A stretch of DNA of 64,000 nt from NCBI RefSeq assembly GCF_009914755.1, contig NC_060934.1; one strand, 5' to 3'. A program made the position numbers and the translations under genes. The DNA comes from the human T2T-CHM13v2.0 reference genome, Homo sapiens. The stretch's first letter is position 1. The number at the start of each line of letters is the position of its first letter. Shown piece by piece: positions 42,676 through 56,199 of this stretch. The notes under the pieces were generated by a model. It worked only from the letters and a program-made list of their open reading frames with translations, was not told the DNA's origin and did no database searches.

Positions 42676-45600
42676 TCTATATTCAAATTTTTATTAAACA
42701 CAACTACATATACCTAAAGCATTTCTAGCTGATTCATACATAGAAAGTTTTCCTCATCTTGTACTTGAGTATTTTGTTTGTTTTTAGTTTAAAATTTTTA
42801 AGTAGCTTCGGCTTGTTCCTCTTGAATCAAATTTCCATTTTGAAGAAACATTACCTCAATTTTCCAATGGTTTACTTCCTCACTGATTTCCCTCTTTTCC
42901 CTTAAATATTAATGTCTTTAATAGAAATTTTTGGAAAGTTTATCAATGCTTTCTGATTCTTTATTCTGGCAGTTAATAAAAATTTCTATGGATTGGTTTT
43001 CAGTTTTTTTTTTTTTTTTGGTTCAATCATTTACCAAATATTTGTTAAGGAACTAATATAGGGTAAGACTATAGTATATGTGTCTTCTTCTCGCTCACAT
43101 AGCATTTAATATCTGAAAATTAGTGGTTGTAGGTTATATGCTAAAAAAGACACTCCTTTGTTTCTTCCAACATGGATTGGACCCAGCATTCCTAGGTTGG
43201 GATTGGGCTTCCATTTCTCAGTGTTTGGGTTTGTGGTGCTGTGTACATTTTTTCCATATCCATCAGAGTTTGAATTTCTATGTTTTGACTGTTATTGGTT
43301 AACAACTACTTCCCCCAGAAAATAGTAAGTTACATGAAAACAAAGTCAATTTCTCTGTTGCTCCATGTTACATCCTTGGAGCCCAGAAATGGATGGCACA
43401 CAGTAGATATTTAATATGATTTTTTTTTTTTTTTTTTTGTCAAATGAAGGACAAGATAAAACCTCTTCATGTTTCTGGCCCTTAGATACTTCAGTTTTTA
43501 ATTTACAGTTTAAACATTGGAAACCTATGTCACTGAGCTCAGTGGAATTTCCAAGCATGTTTGGTATTGCATTTGGATGCTTTGGCATGCCTTTGTGGAT
43601 TGCCTGTGCTCCAAATGGTCATGATAATCCCTATCACTCCATACTCTCTTCAACTAGCCCATACCCCTTGTTTATGTTATTGGCCTGCCCTCTGAAGGCA
43701 TTTCCATTTTTCAGATTGGGATTACAGTCATGAAAAGTTCTTTCTAGTTTGAATAATCTGTGATTTGTAATGCCTTTCCAAGGAAGCACAGTTGTTCTCC
43801 AACTCTAATAAATGTGTAATCCCAAACTCTGCAACATAAAATCTCATAAATTGGTTAATCTTAAAAATAAGATAGACTGATTGCTAATAAATACAAGCAT
43901 GGGATTAGTGGAAATAGAAGATAATCTTTTCAAATTCTTACTAATTTTATTTTGCAGACACAGCCAGAACACGTACTAAGAAAATCCTTTCAAATTTAGA
44001 TATAATTTTTACTCTCCAAAAATTCTTGAAGATCTTAAAATTATGAGTTGGTAGAGACCATTAATCACATAAGGAAATACTTTTTAACTAGGTGCTTGCC
44101 TCAACATTAATCAAAATAAACACAGGAAAAATGTGAAGGTGGAATTTGCTTGTATATTGTCTCTTAGCTCTTCAGGATGGAAACTGAGAACACCTAATCC
44201 TATAAAAAACTTTTCACCTCATCTAGTCATATGCTTATGTGAGTATCTGAAGTTATTTTTCTAGGTGACCTATTTACCAATGCAACTATAGATTTTGCAA
44301 CATATTCATTGGCTAGAAAAATAAATATGTGTATGATTTCATTTATGCCTCACAATACCTGAGCAAATAATGGAGGACAGATCATCACTGTTGTACAGAT
44401 GAGAAAATTAATTATCAAAGAGTTAAGGTAATATAACCTAAATCCAATAGTTCTTAAATGATACCACTGTAAACCCAGTAGGTCATCACACTTAGCTCAA
44501 CCCATTCTTCACACTCTGTGGGCATTCATGTACTCATGAGATTACCTTGAGAAGCCACTGACTCCTGTGATTCAGCAATGCATTTATGGAAATTACAGTA
44601 GGTAAGCTCAGAACATGGCATATACAATGGATAGGAGAATGGGTTCTAATTTAATTGCTACTTTAGCACTAACTAGGTGTGTAATATTGAATCTAATCTT
44701 CCATGTTCTCACTATAAATGAGGATTATAACATTTCCCTGATTGGAGATAATGCTTGAGAATCCCCAGCCCAGTGCTCAAAACATAGTATGGGGCTCAAT
44801 AAACAGTTGCTGTTGAGGTTCTCATTACTATCATAATTTTTATTAGTTTTGTTAAACCATTTTCCATTGATAAAGTGCTGTGTACATGTCTAAACCAAAT
44901 GGAAGAGCATGAGATGGAAAGAAGTTCAGTAATGACAAGGTCCTGGAGTAGAGCCCAACACAACCCAGCTTGGCTTTACTGAGTATGACTCAGAGGAAGA
45001 TTGAGTGACAGAAAGGATCCTACACAATTTCTGTGTGGGATAACTGTGGGCAAGAAGGGTTGAACATAGGCAAGTGTGAAGTTCCATAATAATGTTATTT
45101 ATTTTATTCAATGAGCAGTTACAGGCCTACCAAAAATTTAAGAATGGATTGATGAAGTTTATACTGAGCACTATGTATTTAAACCATGTTAAAAAAATCA
45201 TGAAAATAATTGTATTATGCCAAGGTAAAGCTGTTTATGCTCTAAAAGACAGGAAGTGTTAGTATTTAGTGGTTATTCTGTGCAGATACATGTATGTGAA
45301 ATTGTAATAATATTGTTCGTAACATTTATTTTAACATTTGCAGCCACTATATATGTAGACTATGGCATTGCTGCTCTGGTTGAAGGTTTTAAAGACCCAC
45401 TGCTTTAATGATTTGATTTAAATCCATCAAAAGTGTTTAAAGAAAAGTGGCTTCTCTGTTTGTTGAAATGTTTGCATAGAAGTCATTCACTAGTAATGGA
45501 TTTCTATTTGAAAACCATTCATTCCCAACTTGAATGTTTTCTGTCCAGACCAAGAAGCTATCAGACGTAGAACATAATCTTAGCTTATAAATGCTTTCTG

Positions 45601-45819
45601 TTAATGACCTTGATACTGTATCTCAAGATGTCTTTTCAAAAACAATATGATTGTGGATAAAAGCAATGATAACAGTCCTGCTTGCCTGTAGAGGAATACA
45701 TTAATGGTCTTGGACAAATTCTTGACAGTCATAATGATGAGCTGATAATGGAATGCTTTAGAATAAAAATAAAAATACTAGTTTATTTTGAGATGTGTCA
45801 TGTAATACAAGAAAGATTA

Positions 45820-46075
45820 TTTTTAACAGCTTTATGGAAGTATAATTTATATACCATAAAACTTACCTATTATACATGTAAAATACAAGGTTTTTCACTA
45901 CATTTATAGACTTGTACGACCATCACCACAATCCAGTTTTGGAACATTTCAATTACCCCCTAAATTTCCTGGAACCCAATTGCAGTCAGTCCCTGCTCTA
46001 CTCCCAGGACCTGGCAACCACTAATCTGCTTTCTGTATTTATAAATTTTCCTTTTCTATACCTTTCATATAAATA
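45820..46075 (-). mobile_element. L1MB/ME 3'-end fragment
   Basis: tttaacagctttat..tataatttatataccataaaa..ccatcaccacaatc..ctggcaaccactaatctgctttctgt. Confidence 0.85.
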
Positions 46076-46339
46076 AGCATTTTATTTTACAAATATCAAT
46101 TTACTTGAATGACTATGTGACACAATTTATGGCTTATTCAATGAAGTTTAGAATGCTAAGGTTGTATTTGGACCCAGGGCATTTGTTGTTATATTGGACA
46201 CTAAATCTCATTACTGTGAGAAAAGCTCAATTGGCCTGGTTTTTGTTGTTGTTTTTGGAGAATTGAAGCATTTAGTTTTGTGCCTAGATCTGGTATATTA
46301 GTGTATTAATGATCTGATTAGCAGTAACAACAGCAGTAG

Positions 46340-46520
46340 TAGCAGGTTGCCATTTATAGAATACTTACGGTGTGCAGGCATTCTACTGAGGATTAATATA
46401 CCTTTTCCCTCTAATCTTCATAAAAGTTCTGAAATATAGGGAATAATTGCTCCATTTTAGGGACAGCAAAAGTAAAGCAAGCTCAGAGAAGTTAAGTAAT
46501 TTGCCTGAGATCACCTGTTG
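46340..46520 (-). mobile_element. MIR SINE
   Basis: catttatagaatacttacggtgtgcaggca..gctcagagaagttaagtaatttgcctgagatcac. Confidence 0.8.
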
Positions 46521-47734
46521 CTGCCTGTGCCTATACTAAGAATGATTAATCTTGAGGTACCCTGGTAAGCAAACTGTATGGCTTCTGCTTTTCTACAGCT
46601 TTACAGTTCTATTTTCTTCAGCACTAAGATATATCCTTGAAATAACCTTCCAACTTGGCTTTTTGGCTCCCTGTGCAAATTCTGCCATGAAGTGTTAAAA
46701 GAACAGAGTCAACAGGTTAAAGATAAGCACTGATCCCTGAGGTGAATATAGAATTGATCAGAGAGCTGTTTGTGAAATGAGAGAGGCAAAGGGAGAGAAG
46801 AGATTTGATTGATGAAATAAAGGAATGGACAAGCATACATGAGAAAAATGTAATACAAAATAACTTTACGGGCTTAGAGAGAAAGGGAGAAATTTCAGTT
46901 CTTTAGATGTGCCTGAAGTGATGATTTCGTGAAGAAAGTGGAGGGTTTCAATTAAACCTCTCTTTTGAATAGAAATGATTTTAAAGGAAGAATTCTAATG
47001 GGTTCTTGTGCCACTGAGGCTGAAAGCAGATGAAGAAGACGAAATGGTCTCTAAAGTAGGTGGTCCCAACCCCAGTGGGACATAACTGATTTAGGTGGCT
47101 GAAGCTAACTCCACTTTGTCTCACTAAGGATCCTGGCTTGCTAACTGGCTGGCTGTGTTCCCCAGAAGCCTTTGCTCTGATGCCTATCAGTCCTGCCTGG
47201 TGCAAAGGCTTCTGGGTTATGAGCCAACTGGGGATGCTGCCAAATCTGTTGCTTATTCAGCAGTGAAATGAGGTAGCACTGTTAGCTTGCTTTCTTATTG
47301 TGCGGGTACCAGAAATGAAGTTTCAGTGTGAGAGAATAAAGAATAGTCTTACTTTGAGGATTCACTGGAGACTGATAAAGGAATTTCAGAGACAATAAAC
47401 TGTTCCATGTGTTTACAGTAAGTTGGAGATTTAAGATTCAGTTACAGATTTTTATATTTAAGTAAGTAATAGTGAACAAAAGTGAGCAATGTTTGTGGAT
47501 GGGAACCAGCTTGGATAAATAACTAGGTATAAAGCAATTAGGAATTCAAAATATTAGAGATATACCTATGTATACACATAAACAAAGGATTTAGAGGATT
47601 TTATAAAAACGCATGTGATGCAACAGGATTTTCAAAACACACTACGAATCGTTGTGCAGGTTGATACTGTTTCCTTGTGTTTTGTTTGTTTGCAGAATCC
47701 AGAATGGTGAGCAAAACCTAAAAGATATAGAGAC

Positions 47735-47922
47735 CCTGCGGTTCTCAAAGTGTGAGCCCTGGACAAACAGCTTCAGCGTCACCTGGGAGCTTGTTAGAAA
47801 TGCAGATTCTGAGATATCTCTCCAAACTCTTTGAATCAGAAACTCTGGGCTAGGGCTAGCAATCTGTATTTTAACCACCCATCTAGGTGATTCTGACGTG
47901 CCTTAAAAGTAGAGAACCCCTG
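47735..47922. mobile_element. MER5A MITE
   Basis: gcggttctcaaagtgtg..cagcgtcacctgggagcttgttagaaatgcagattct..gaatcagaaactctggg..gagaacccctg. Confidence 0.92.
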
Positions 47923-48261
47923 GAATAATATAGGATGGGAATTTAGAGCTGAATGTGGCAGACTGTACATAAACACTATTGGAAGCAGTTTATCCTGGTG
48001 CCCAAAATAATGGAGCAGAGATTTTTAGTTAGGAGCTGTCTCTCCTTGCACTTTGCTAGTACTTGGCTTGTTCCCCTCCTTTTCAAGGCTGATCTGCCTT
48101 TCACTTCCAGGAGAACTTTTCTGCCCATACCAGTCTGAAATGCTTTGTTTTATGGTATACTATAGGTTTGCATTTCTTTAGGTCTAATATTCTTTTGGTT
48201 TTTAATGTCAACTCTTGTTTTTTTAATTATTACTTCATAATTTTTTTTCACATTTTGTGAG

Positions 48262-48347
48262 GGTGTACATTATATATATGTATGTATGTGTGTATATATA
48301 TATTTTATATGTATACTATATATAAATACATGTGTGTGTGTATTTTA

Positions 48348-48379
<32 letters not shown>

Positions 48380-48400
48380 CATATACATATATATGTATTT

Positions 48401-48445
<45 letters not shown>
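48262..48445. repeat. (TA)n/(TG)n/(CA)n compound microsatellite
   Basis: Alternating purine-pyrimidine tract ending in ~16 CA units. Confidence 0.95.
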
Positions 48446-48447
<2 letters not shown>

Positions 48448-49099
48448 CATGCACTCAGGTACTACTACCTCCCTTCTCTGAACAAGTCACTTTTATCCCA
48501 TACATTCTTTATTGCATTATCTTACCTTGGTTTCTTGAGAGCACTTAATTACCTGAAAGTATATATTTATTTGTTTCCTTGTGGTTGTTTGTCCATGTAA
48601 GCTCACCTTTGTTGATCCAGGCCCCAGGCTTTAGACCCCAGAATGGTGCTTGGCACAGTAGATGTGCAGTGAACAATGAGTGCTGTTTGTCTATCCGGAT
48701 CTAGGCTCTAAACTACTAGGGGACAGAACTTGTGTCACAACCTTAAATTAGAAATACATATGTAAAGAGACTAGCATAGTATCTAGGGCATAGAAAACAC
48801 TTATGCAGTGTTTTTTATAAATATATATATGTATATATATTTCCCTTTTATTCTTCTTGTAGCACTCAGCTTCTAACAGTTCTTTGCACTCAGTCTGTAC
48901 GTGAAGATAGATGAACATAACAATTGAGACAGAGTATTAAATCTTAATAATTAGGAAACAAAATGGAATATATCAGTATTCTCTGTGTTTTCATTCTGTA
49001 TGGATTACTTATTGAATGGGTCGTGTTTGGTTTTGAGCTGTGAATATAAGAAATTCTAAAAATTAAAATACATGCTAAACAATTAAAATCTGTAACATA

Positions 49100-49440
49100 A
49101 ATGCATAATTCTTACCTGAAACCTTTGGATCCCAGTGTGCTTTAGAATCCAGATTTTTTTTTTTCTTTCAGGTTTTTGAATGGTATCATGAAAGATACAT
49201 GTAGAATGGATTCTGTAACATCCACTGGGGGTCTAGGGCAGCGCTCCATAAAAAAACGTATCTACATTTCTTCAGCAAAACATATGGATATTTACTGAAA
49301 TAGGAAACACAAAAGCTGCCGAAACCCTTGTGGCCAAATTAGGTTGGGTTTTGTGACCAAGTGAGTTTTCTGCAAACGTACAAAGCTTTGGTGTTTAGAG
49401 TTTTGATTTTGGCTTTATGTGTAAGGGTTTATAGACCTTA
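49100..49440. mobile_element. MER46C-like TcMar-Tigger element
   Basis: cttacctgaaacctttggatcccagtgtg..gggggtctagggcagcgctccata..atttcttcagcaaaacatatg..taagggtttatagacct. Confidence 0.75.
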
Positions 49441-51049
49441 CAGTTTATAAGCAAAACTAACATTTATATTTCAGACTGTTTTTCATCTTCAGAAGCTATA
49501 TTAGTCCACAATTAGCATTTGAGTCACTTGAAGCTTAGGGAAATTAAATAACTTGATCAAAGTCACAGCGTAGTATACAAATAAAAGCTGAATTTGAACT
49601 CGGGTCTGGCTGAATCCACATTCCTTACTCTTTTCCCTGCAGAGCACTGATCCTTAAAATCACACATTACAGATAAGAAAGGCTATAAAAGTTGCAAAAT
49701 GTACCCCCTTCATTATACAATTAATGACAAAGACGTCTGGAGGGTTTATGATCTATAGTAACATCACTGCTAAGAGGCACATTCAGAATCCAGGTCTCTT
49801 AATATCTAGTTCTGTACTCTCTCATTTTCCATGCTGACTTTTAGTTTCGGGATGCTTCTAAATTATTGGCCTCAGAAATCATGGTTGTTGCAGAGGTAAA
49901 GGCAGTTTTCTTCTAGTTTTTCTCTTCTATATGAGCTCCCAAAATGTTTTGGTCAAACGGTTTGGCTCTCCGTGTTTTTGTAATCAAATACCTAAACGCT
50001 GGTAATGCACACTTAACTCAGGTTCAAGCGGGGGACTTTATTTACTTGGGCACAGCTAGAGTGTATTGTAATTCCCTGTTTCCTTAGTTGCCTTGAAGAG
50101 TAAAGTAAGCAATTTCATTTAAAATTAATAGCCCCAATCTTATTTTTGCCTTATTCACTTAGGAAAACCTTATAGTTAACAGCAATTGCAGTTATTTTCA
50201 GCACTATTTCAAGGGAATTCTTTGATAGCAGCCAGACCGCGTGCCCAGCTTTGCTGCTTTTAGACAAACTCAAGTATTGGCGCAGTGTGATACTCAGTAC
50301 TGGGGAACTGCATTCTGAGTCAAAGCAAATTAGTTTGCTGTCTGCTTGAGGACTTTACAGATTTACACACCTTCCCAATGAGATTTGTAAGAATAAATTT
50401 TTGTAAATCAAGGGTTTGAAGACTCCTAGTGAAATTCACATTTAAGGTAGAAATAGTATTCTTCATTTTATTGAAGTCATATGATTCAGGAAAAATAAAT
50501 TGAGGACTTTTGGCAGGCTAAAAGGATCTGGAAAACTTTAGATGTATTGTTTTTACCTCTTGTTTCAGAGATAGAAATGTAACATTTTTAATTATGAGCT
50601 TTTGTGTTTTGTTTGTGCTTGAATTTATGTGTTATATGCTCCCATCAAAGTTGTGTGTGTGTGATATTATTACATAAGAATTAGAAATATGCAATTCTTT
50701 TTATTTAATAAATTTAGTAGTGTTTCTTTTTTTAAATGGTAGATAAAATGAAGGCACAGCAGCTCAAGAGGGATAGAATTGGAAGGAAAGGGAAAGAGGA
50801 GGGAGGTGAAAGAAGGAAAGATAGGGCTTTGAAACCGATCCAGGACTCTGTGTAATGAGCTCTTGGTTCCTTATCCCACATTTGTCTAGCCATTGAAGGT
50901 AGAAATTAACCCTTATGTTGCATTTGTCCATGAACTAAAGACTGAGCCTGTGTTTAGACACTTAATAATTTTTAGGTCAGTAGCCCAGTTGGCACTCCTA
51001 CTAGCCTCATGGTTGCAGAAACTGGATAGTTAGTAGACCATGGTGTTTT

Positions 51050-51372
51050 CTTGTATGGGCTCTGGAGTCAGAGAAACCTGAATTCAAATTCGAGTTTTGA
51101 CAGTACTTGTGCCCTTTACCTCTCTACACCTTGGATTTCTCATCTATAAAATGGGAGGCAGCATAGTATACCGGGTAAGAGCATGGTCTCTGGAAGTACA
51201 CCTCCCAGTTGGACTCTCAGGCCTGCCAATTTAATGCTGTGTTACTTTAGGTAAGTTGTTTAACAACTCTGTGCCTTAGGTCCTCCATCTATAAAACAGA
51301 GATAATAATAGTGTCCCAGATTTCTGTTAGGAGAATTACACAAGATTATATGTGTAAAGCTCTTAGAACCCT
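51050..51372 (+). mobile_element. Two tandem MIR fragments
   Basis: ggctctggagtcaga..tttctcatctataaaatgggaggcagcatagt..taggtaagttgtttaac..ctctgtgcct..tgtaaagctcttagaac. Confidence 0.85.
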
Positions 51373-51411
51373 GCCTCAGCAGTTGCTAGGCCTCCTCATC
51401 ATTCCGCTAGC

Positions 51412-51608
51412 CCAGTGACTTTCAACTGGGAAAGACTGCTTCCCAAGGGCATTTGCAATGTTCTGGAGGTATGTTGCTTGTCACAACTGAGAAGAGGGTA
51501 GATGCCAGGGATGCTGCTATGTATCCTACAATGCACAGGACAGTTTTCATAACAAAGAATTATCTGTCCTAAAATGTCAATAGTGCATTAGCCAGTTTGG
51601 AAATCTAG
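51412..51608. mobile_element. MER20 hAT-Charlie element
   Basis: ttgtcacaactg..gccagggatgctgcta..atcctacaatgcacaggacag..acaaagaattatctg..aaatgtcaatagtgc. Confidence 0.9.
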
Positions 51609-51825
51609 TTCCCTCTACCCCAGGTTCCATAACTGTCCCTCTGGTACCTACAGTGGGGTCTTCCCCAAATGTTAGGTCTCAGCCTAGCAGTCTGTTCCCT
51701 GGTATCTTTTCTGGTTGACTCAGATCCTGCCATGGGTGCATATAATGCTGGTTGGCCATCTCAGTGATGACTTTCCTGGGGTAGGGGTCCATATAGGAGG
51801 AAAACATGCAGGCTGCAACCTGAGG

Positions 51826-52133
51826 TTTTTTATTTTTTATTTTTATTGACAGAGTCTTACTGTTGTCAGCTGGGGCTGGAATGATGCAGTAGCATGATCT
51901 CAGCTCACTGCAACCTCCGCCCCCTGGGTTCAAGTTATTCTCCTGTCTCAGCCTCCCCAGTAGCTGGGATTACAGGTGCCTGCCACCACACCTGGCTAAT
52001 GTTTGTCTTTGTAGTAGAGACGGGGTTTTGCCATGTTGCCAAGGTTGGTCTGAAACTCCTGGGCTCAAGCAATTCACCCACCTTGGCTTCCCGAAGTGCT
52101 TGGGATTATAGGTGTCAGTCACCACACTCTGCC
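51826..52133 (-). mobile_element. Full-length Alu (AluS/J)
   Basis: gatctcagctcactgcaacctccgcc..gtagctgggattacagg..gtagagacggggttttgccatgttgcc. Confidence 0.93.
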
Positions 52134-52759
52134 TTTTTTTTGCATCTTAGTGCTGGTATTAGAGCATTTGTGGCCATCTAACAGACTGATTAGCAGCCCC
52201 ACTTGCTGTTACTCCCATCTTCTTATCTCCTTTCCGTAGGGTTTTTCTCTTTGTCCAAAGTTCCAAAAGCACTTCCAACAAGGATTGCAGTGCCCGCCCT
52301 CCTTCAGAGCAGCTCATCTCCCAGGAATTTTTAATGCAGATTACCCTCCTGATAGACATAGAACTTCAGTTGAATTTTACACTCAACCTTCTGGATGGCC
52401 CGCAGGCAGGAATGGACAGAGGCCATTTTCTTCTTCCCGAGAGATTTTTATCTCTCAACTTTCAATGCTTTAACTCTTTTTTGGATCCTGGCATGATTCT
52501 TGAGAAATGATAGGTCTTGGGCTAGCTTTTCTGGATCTCCTCCACCCCCAGTTAACTGGAAAAAAAACTAGCCTTCTTTTCGTGGGAAGTATCACGGAAA
52601 GATCATGGGTTTTTGGGTCCTCTGACTTGTGTTGAAGTTCTCACTATGCCCCTTAGCTCCTATGTGAGCATGAATGGATTATCATTAATTTCTCTTTTAT
52701 TAGTTTCTTTTTTTCCCTAAAATATCACTAATAATACATGTCTGAGAGATTGTTAGGAG

Positions 52760-52950
52760 AGATAGTATGCATAGTGTTTATGAGCATGGCCCTTGACATG
52801 CAGCTGCGTTTGAATTCAGGCTTTACCACTTTCTAGTTGTAAGTTCCTGGACAAGGTACTTCTCTGTGCCTCAGTCTCATCTTCACATCTATCAAATATG
52901 TATAGTACTGCTATCAAAGCATAGTTGTGAGGATTAAATTGGGAACTATA
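52760..52950 (+). mobile_element. MIR SINE
   Basis: tttgaattcaggctttaccact..ggacaagg..tctctgtgcctcagt..gttgtgaggattaaat. Confidence 0.8.
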
Positions 52951-53369
52951 TGAGAGTCTTGTTATTTACCTATTCCTTCACCTTTCCCGTGTCCCAGAGG
53001 TCCTGAATTGGAGAGAGTGTGGATTGGGTTGTGAGTAACAGAACAGGCCAAGACTAATGCAGGTGGAGCAAGGTGGACTGCAATGGAGCAAAGTGAATTG
53101 GTAGAGATATTCCTCTTAAGGACGGGTCACTGAATATGGTGGAAGGATGAAAGAGAGAAAATGTGGGCCTGTGTTAGCCTTTTTTCAGAAGCAATGATGT
53201 TTTGGTAAAAGAAGGTATAAATATATGCTTAAACAAAGTACATAACTTTTGACATGGTCTAACAGGGGAACAAATTAACCAACAGACCCTTAAACTCTCA
53301 ACTTTTTGAAATTGTCAAGCTGTCCATGAAGGACTCTTTACAAGTTTTAAAGGACACCTGTATGTCACG

Positions 53370-53779
53370 CACATCCTCTTGGTTTCCTTTTAAAATCCCC
53401 ACATGCCATTCCCCACTTTAAATCCACTTTTGCTTCCAATAGCCTGCATTGGCCACTCTTCTTTAGCGAACTTTCCCTGGGTAACTGATGGTTTTTCAGA
53501 CATCAAGAAAAACTGGAAGCATTTAGGAGATTCCACCCACCCCAGAGCAAACCTTGCACTTTCTCACATATGAGAGCACAAAAGCCTAGCTCCCTTGCCT
53601 CAGAGAGTTGTAATTTTTCCTCCAGCGTTCCTTGCTGCACTCTGTGAAACACAGTCTATAGAACATTGCCTGAAGTTGCACTTTGCTTGGCTTCTTTTTC
53701 TGGGGAACACTCCCTTAATAAATTCTTGCATGTGAACCCTTGTCTCAGGATCTGTTTCTGGGGACTTTAATCTAAAGGA
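53370..53779 (+). mobile_element. LTR16-like ERVL solo LTR
   Basis: 3' end aataaattcttgcatgtgaacccttgtctcaggatctgtttctgggga; internal cctagctcccttgcctcag. Confidence 0.7.
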
Positions 53780-53994
53780 GCCCTTCTCTGAGGCTCGCTT
53801 TGTATAGTAGCCTCATACCAACATGAATCTTCATTCCTAAGGAAGAACACCCTGGAGTGAGGGGCAGAGATGGGGGAAGAATTGAAGAAGTTATTTTTAC
53901 ACTTTATACAGTAAGACAAAGCACCCATTTTATAATTTGACATGGCTGTAGGTGGTTGTATTAAATTGTTTTTTCCTTAGATACCAGCATTCAA

Positions 53995-53995
<1 letters not shown>

Positions 53996-54037
<42 letters not shown>

Positions 54038-54046
54038 TCACTCACA
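53996..54046. repeat. (CA)n(CTCA)n microsatellite
   Basis: ~18 CA units followed by ctca repeats. Confidence 0.96.
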
Positions 54047-54514
54047 TGCTTTTCATTTTAATAACTAGCATTGCAACAATGGATGATTTTCTCTAGTTTA
54101 AAGAGGTGTTTGTGGGCTCTCTTGGGAATCTAACTAGGATTTATGTTCCTTATCCTCTGGGAAAATGTGTTCCTAACTTGAAATACTTGACCTGAGGGAA
54201 ATGGTTTAGTAATGTAGTAGAGATAGATGACCTATATTGAGGTATTTTTTTTAACCCAGGACTCTGTGGAATAAAGTTAATGAGGAAAACATTCTTGTGC
54301 CCACCCTGAGCCAGGTACTCTGCTAGATATTGCTAATAAAGAGACCGTCATTAGAATATGTTCTTCTCCCTGGAAATGTGTAGGATGTCCTCTTTGTCTC
54401 TGCGTAATAAGATTTTTTGATCATACACTTTGCTGTGAGTATAATTTTAGTCATTGTGTTTGGCTCATCATGAGCCCGTTTAATAAGAAAACTTCGTGCC
54501 TTCAGTTTGTGTTT

Positions 54515-54815
54515 ATTTTTATTTTTATTTTTTTGAGACAAGATCTTGTTCTGTCACTTAGGCTGGCGTGCAGTGGCACAATCATAGCTCAGCAGCCTCA
54601 AACTCCTGGGCTCAAGCCATCCTCCTGTCTCAGCCTCCCGAGTATCTGGGATTCTAGGTATGCACTACCACACCTGGCTAATTTTTATTATTTTTGTAGA
54701 GACTGGATCTCACTGTGTTGCCCAGGTTGGTCCTGAACCCCTGGCATTAAGTAGTCCTCCTGCCTCGGCCTCCCAAAGTGCTGTGATTACAGAAATGAGC
54801 CATCATACCTGGTCT
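54515..54815 (-). mobile_element. Full-length AluJ
   Basis: aatcatagctcagcagcctcaaactcctgggctcaagccatcctcc..gcctcccaaagtgctg. Confidence 0.93.
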
Positions 54816-55691
54816 AGTTTTGTGTGTATGTTTTAAATTACTTAACATATTCTATTGGATAAGAAAATAGGGAGGCCTTAGGAAGGTGAAAATAGGAAAT
54901 GTCAACTGTAATCTTGAAATGGATGCTGTAGACTTTTGAAATTTATAAGGGAGTATTCTTGAAAATTTAAAATGTCTAATGTTTAGAATGTGGCAATGAC
55001 TTAAGAAACCACACTCAGCCACTCAAAAGTATGTTCCATGAGATATCCATTTCCTGATTCATTCACTGCCGAATTGCCTGCATTTTTCAGTCCAAATTCT
55101 ACAATGTCTCCAATATGTAACACAATGAAGTACAAATATCTCCTTGGTTGATAGAATATCAAAATTGCTGCAACTGTTACAGCTGTGACTGCCAATAAGC
55201 ATAGCCCATAGCCCTTATTTTTAATATATCTATCTTATCAAATAAATATGTTCCTTAAAATAACCAGGCTTCACTAAAGACTTACAGGTAAGAAGCCTTT
55301 CAAACCTTTGGTATTAGGACCCAAGTAACTGATGGAGGAAGTGGTGATAGAGTTGTTACCTGTATTTTGAAAGGCAAGACAGGAATGTAGACTCTTAAAG
55401 GAAGATGGAGAAAATAACTAACAATTCTAAAGACTTATGAATCTTGCAAGCAAGAAGAACTATACTCTGGGGAGATTAGCCCAATGCTGAGGCATTGCTT
55501 AAACAGATTCCTGGGCTGTGAAAAAAGGGTGATTCTGAGTCTATTTACTCTTCTTTCTATGCCTCTTGTCACGAATGCAAAGTGGTTTTGAACCAACATG
55601 AGGATGAAGAAGTTTTCACCAAGGGAGTCTCTTCTGGCTTGGTTCTCATCCCTCTCGCTAGGCACTAAGGAAAGTCGGAAATTTTTTTTCC

Positions 55692-56091
55692 TGTTACTGA
55701 ATATTTGTGTTTCTACCCCACACGAGAATTCATAGGTTGTAGCCTTAATCCTCGAACCTCTCCTATGACTTTATTTGGAGATAGGACCTATAAGGAGATT
55801 ATTAAGGTTAAATGACATCATAAAGGTGAGGCCCTGATATGATAGAATTAGTGTCCTTATCATAGAAAGACACCAGAGAGGTCTCTTGCTCTTTCTCTTT
55901 CCTTACCATGTACGGACACAACAGGAAGATGCCCATCTACAAGCCCAGGAGAGAGGCTTCACCAGAAACCCAATTGGCTGGCACCTTGATCTTGGACTTC
56001 CCAATGTCCAGAACTGTGAGAAATACATCTCTGTTGTTTAAGCCAGTCGGTGTGTGGCATTTGTTATGGCAGCCCAAGAAGACACTAATAC
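55692..56091 (+). mobile_element. MLT1A-like MaLR solo LTR
   Basis: tatttggagatagg..ttaaggttaaatga..gctggcaccttgatcttggacttccc..tccagaactgtgagaaata..ttgttatggcagcc..actaataca. Confidence 0.9.
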
Positions 56092-56199
56092 AGGTGCCAA
56101 AATCAGACTCCAGATTACTTGTCTCATGTTTTGAGAACTTTGTATTCTCCTTTGAGAAGCTAAAATCCTATCATTTTAGTATATGACATGATTTCTAGT

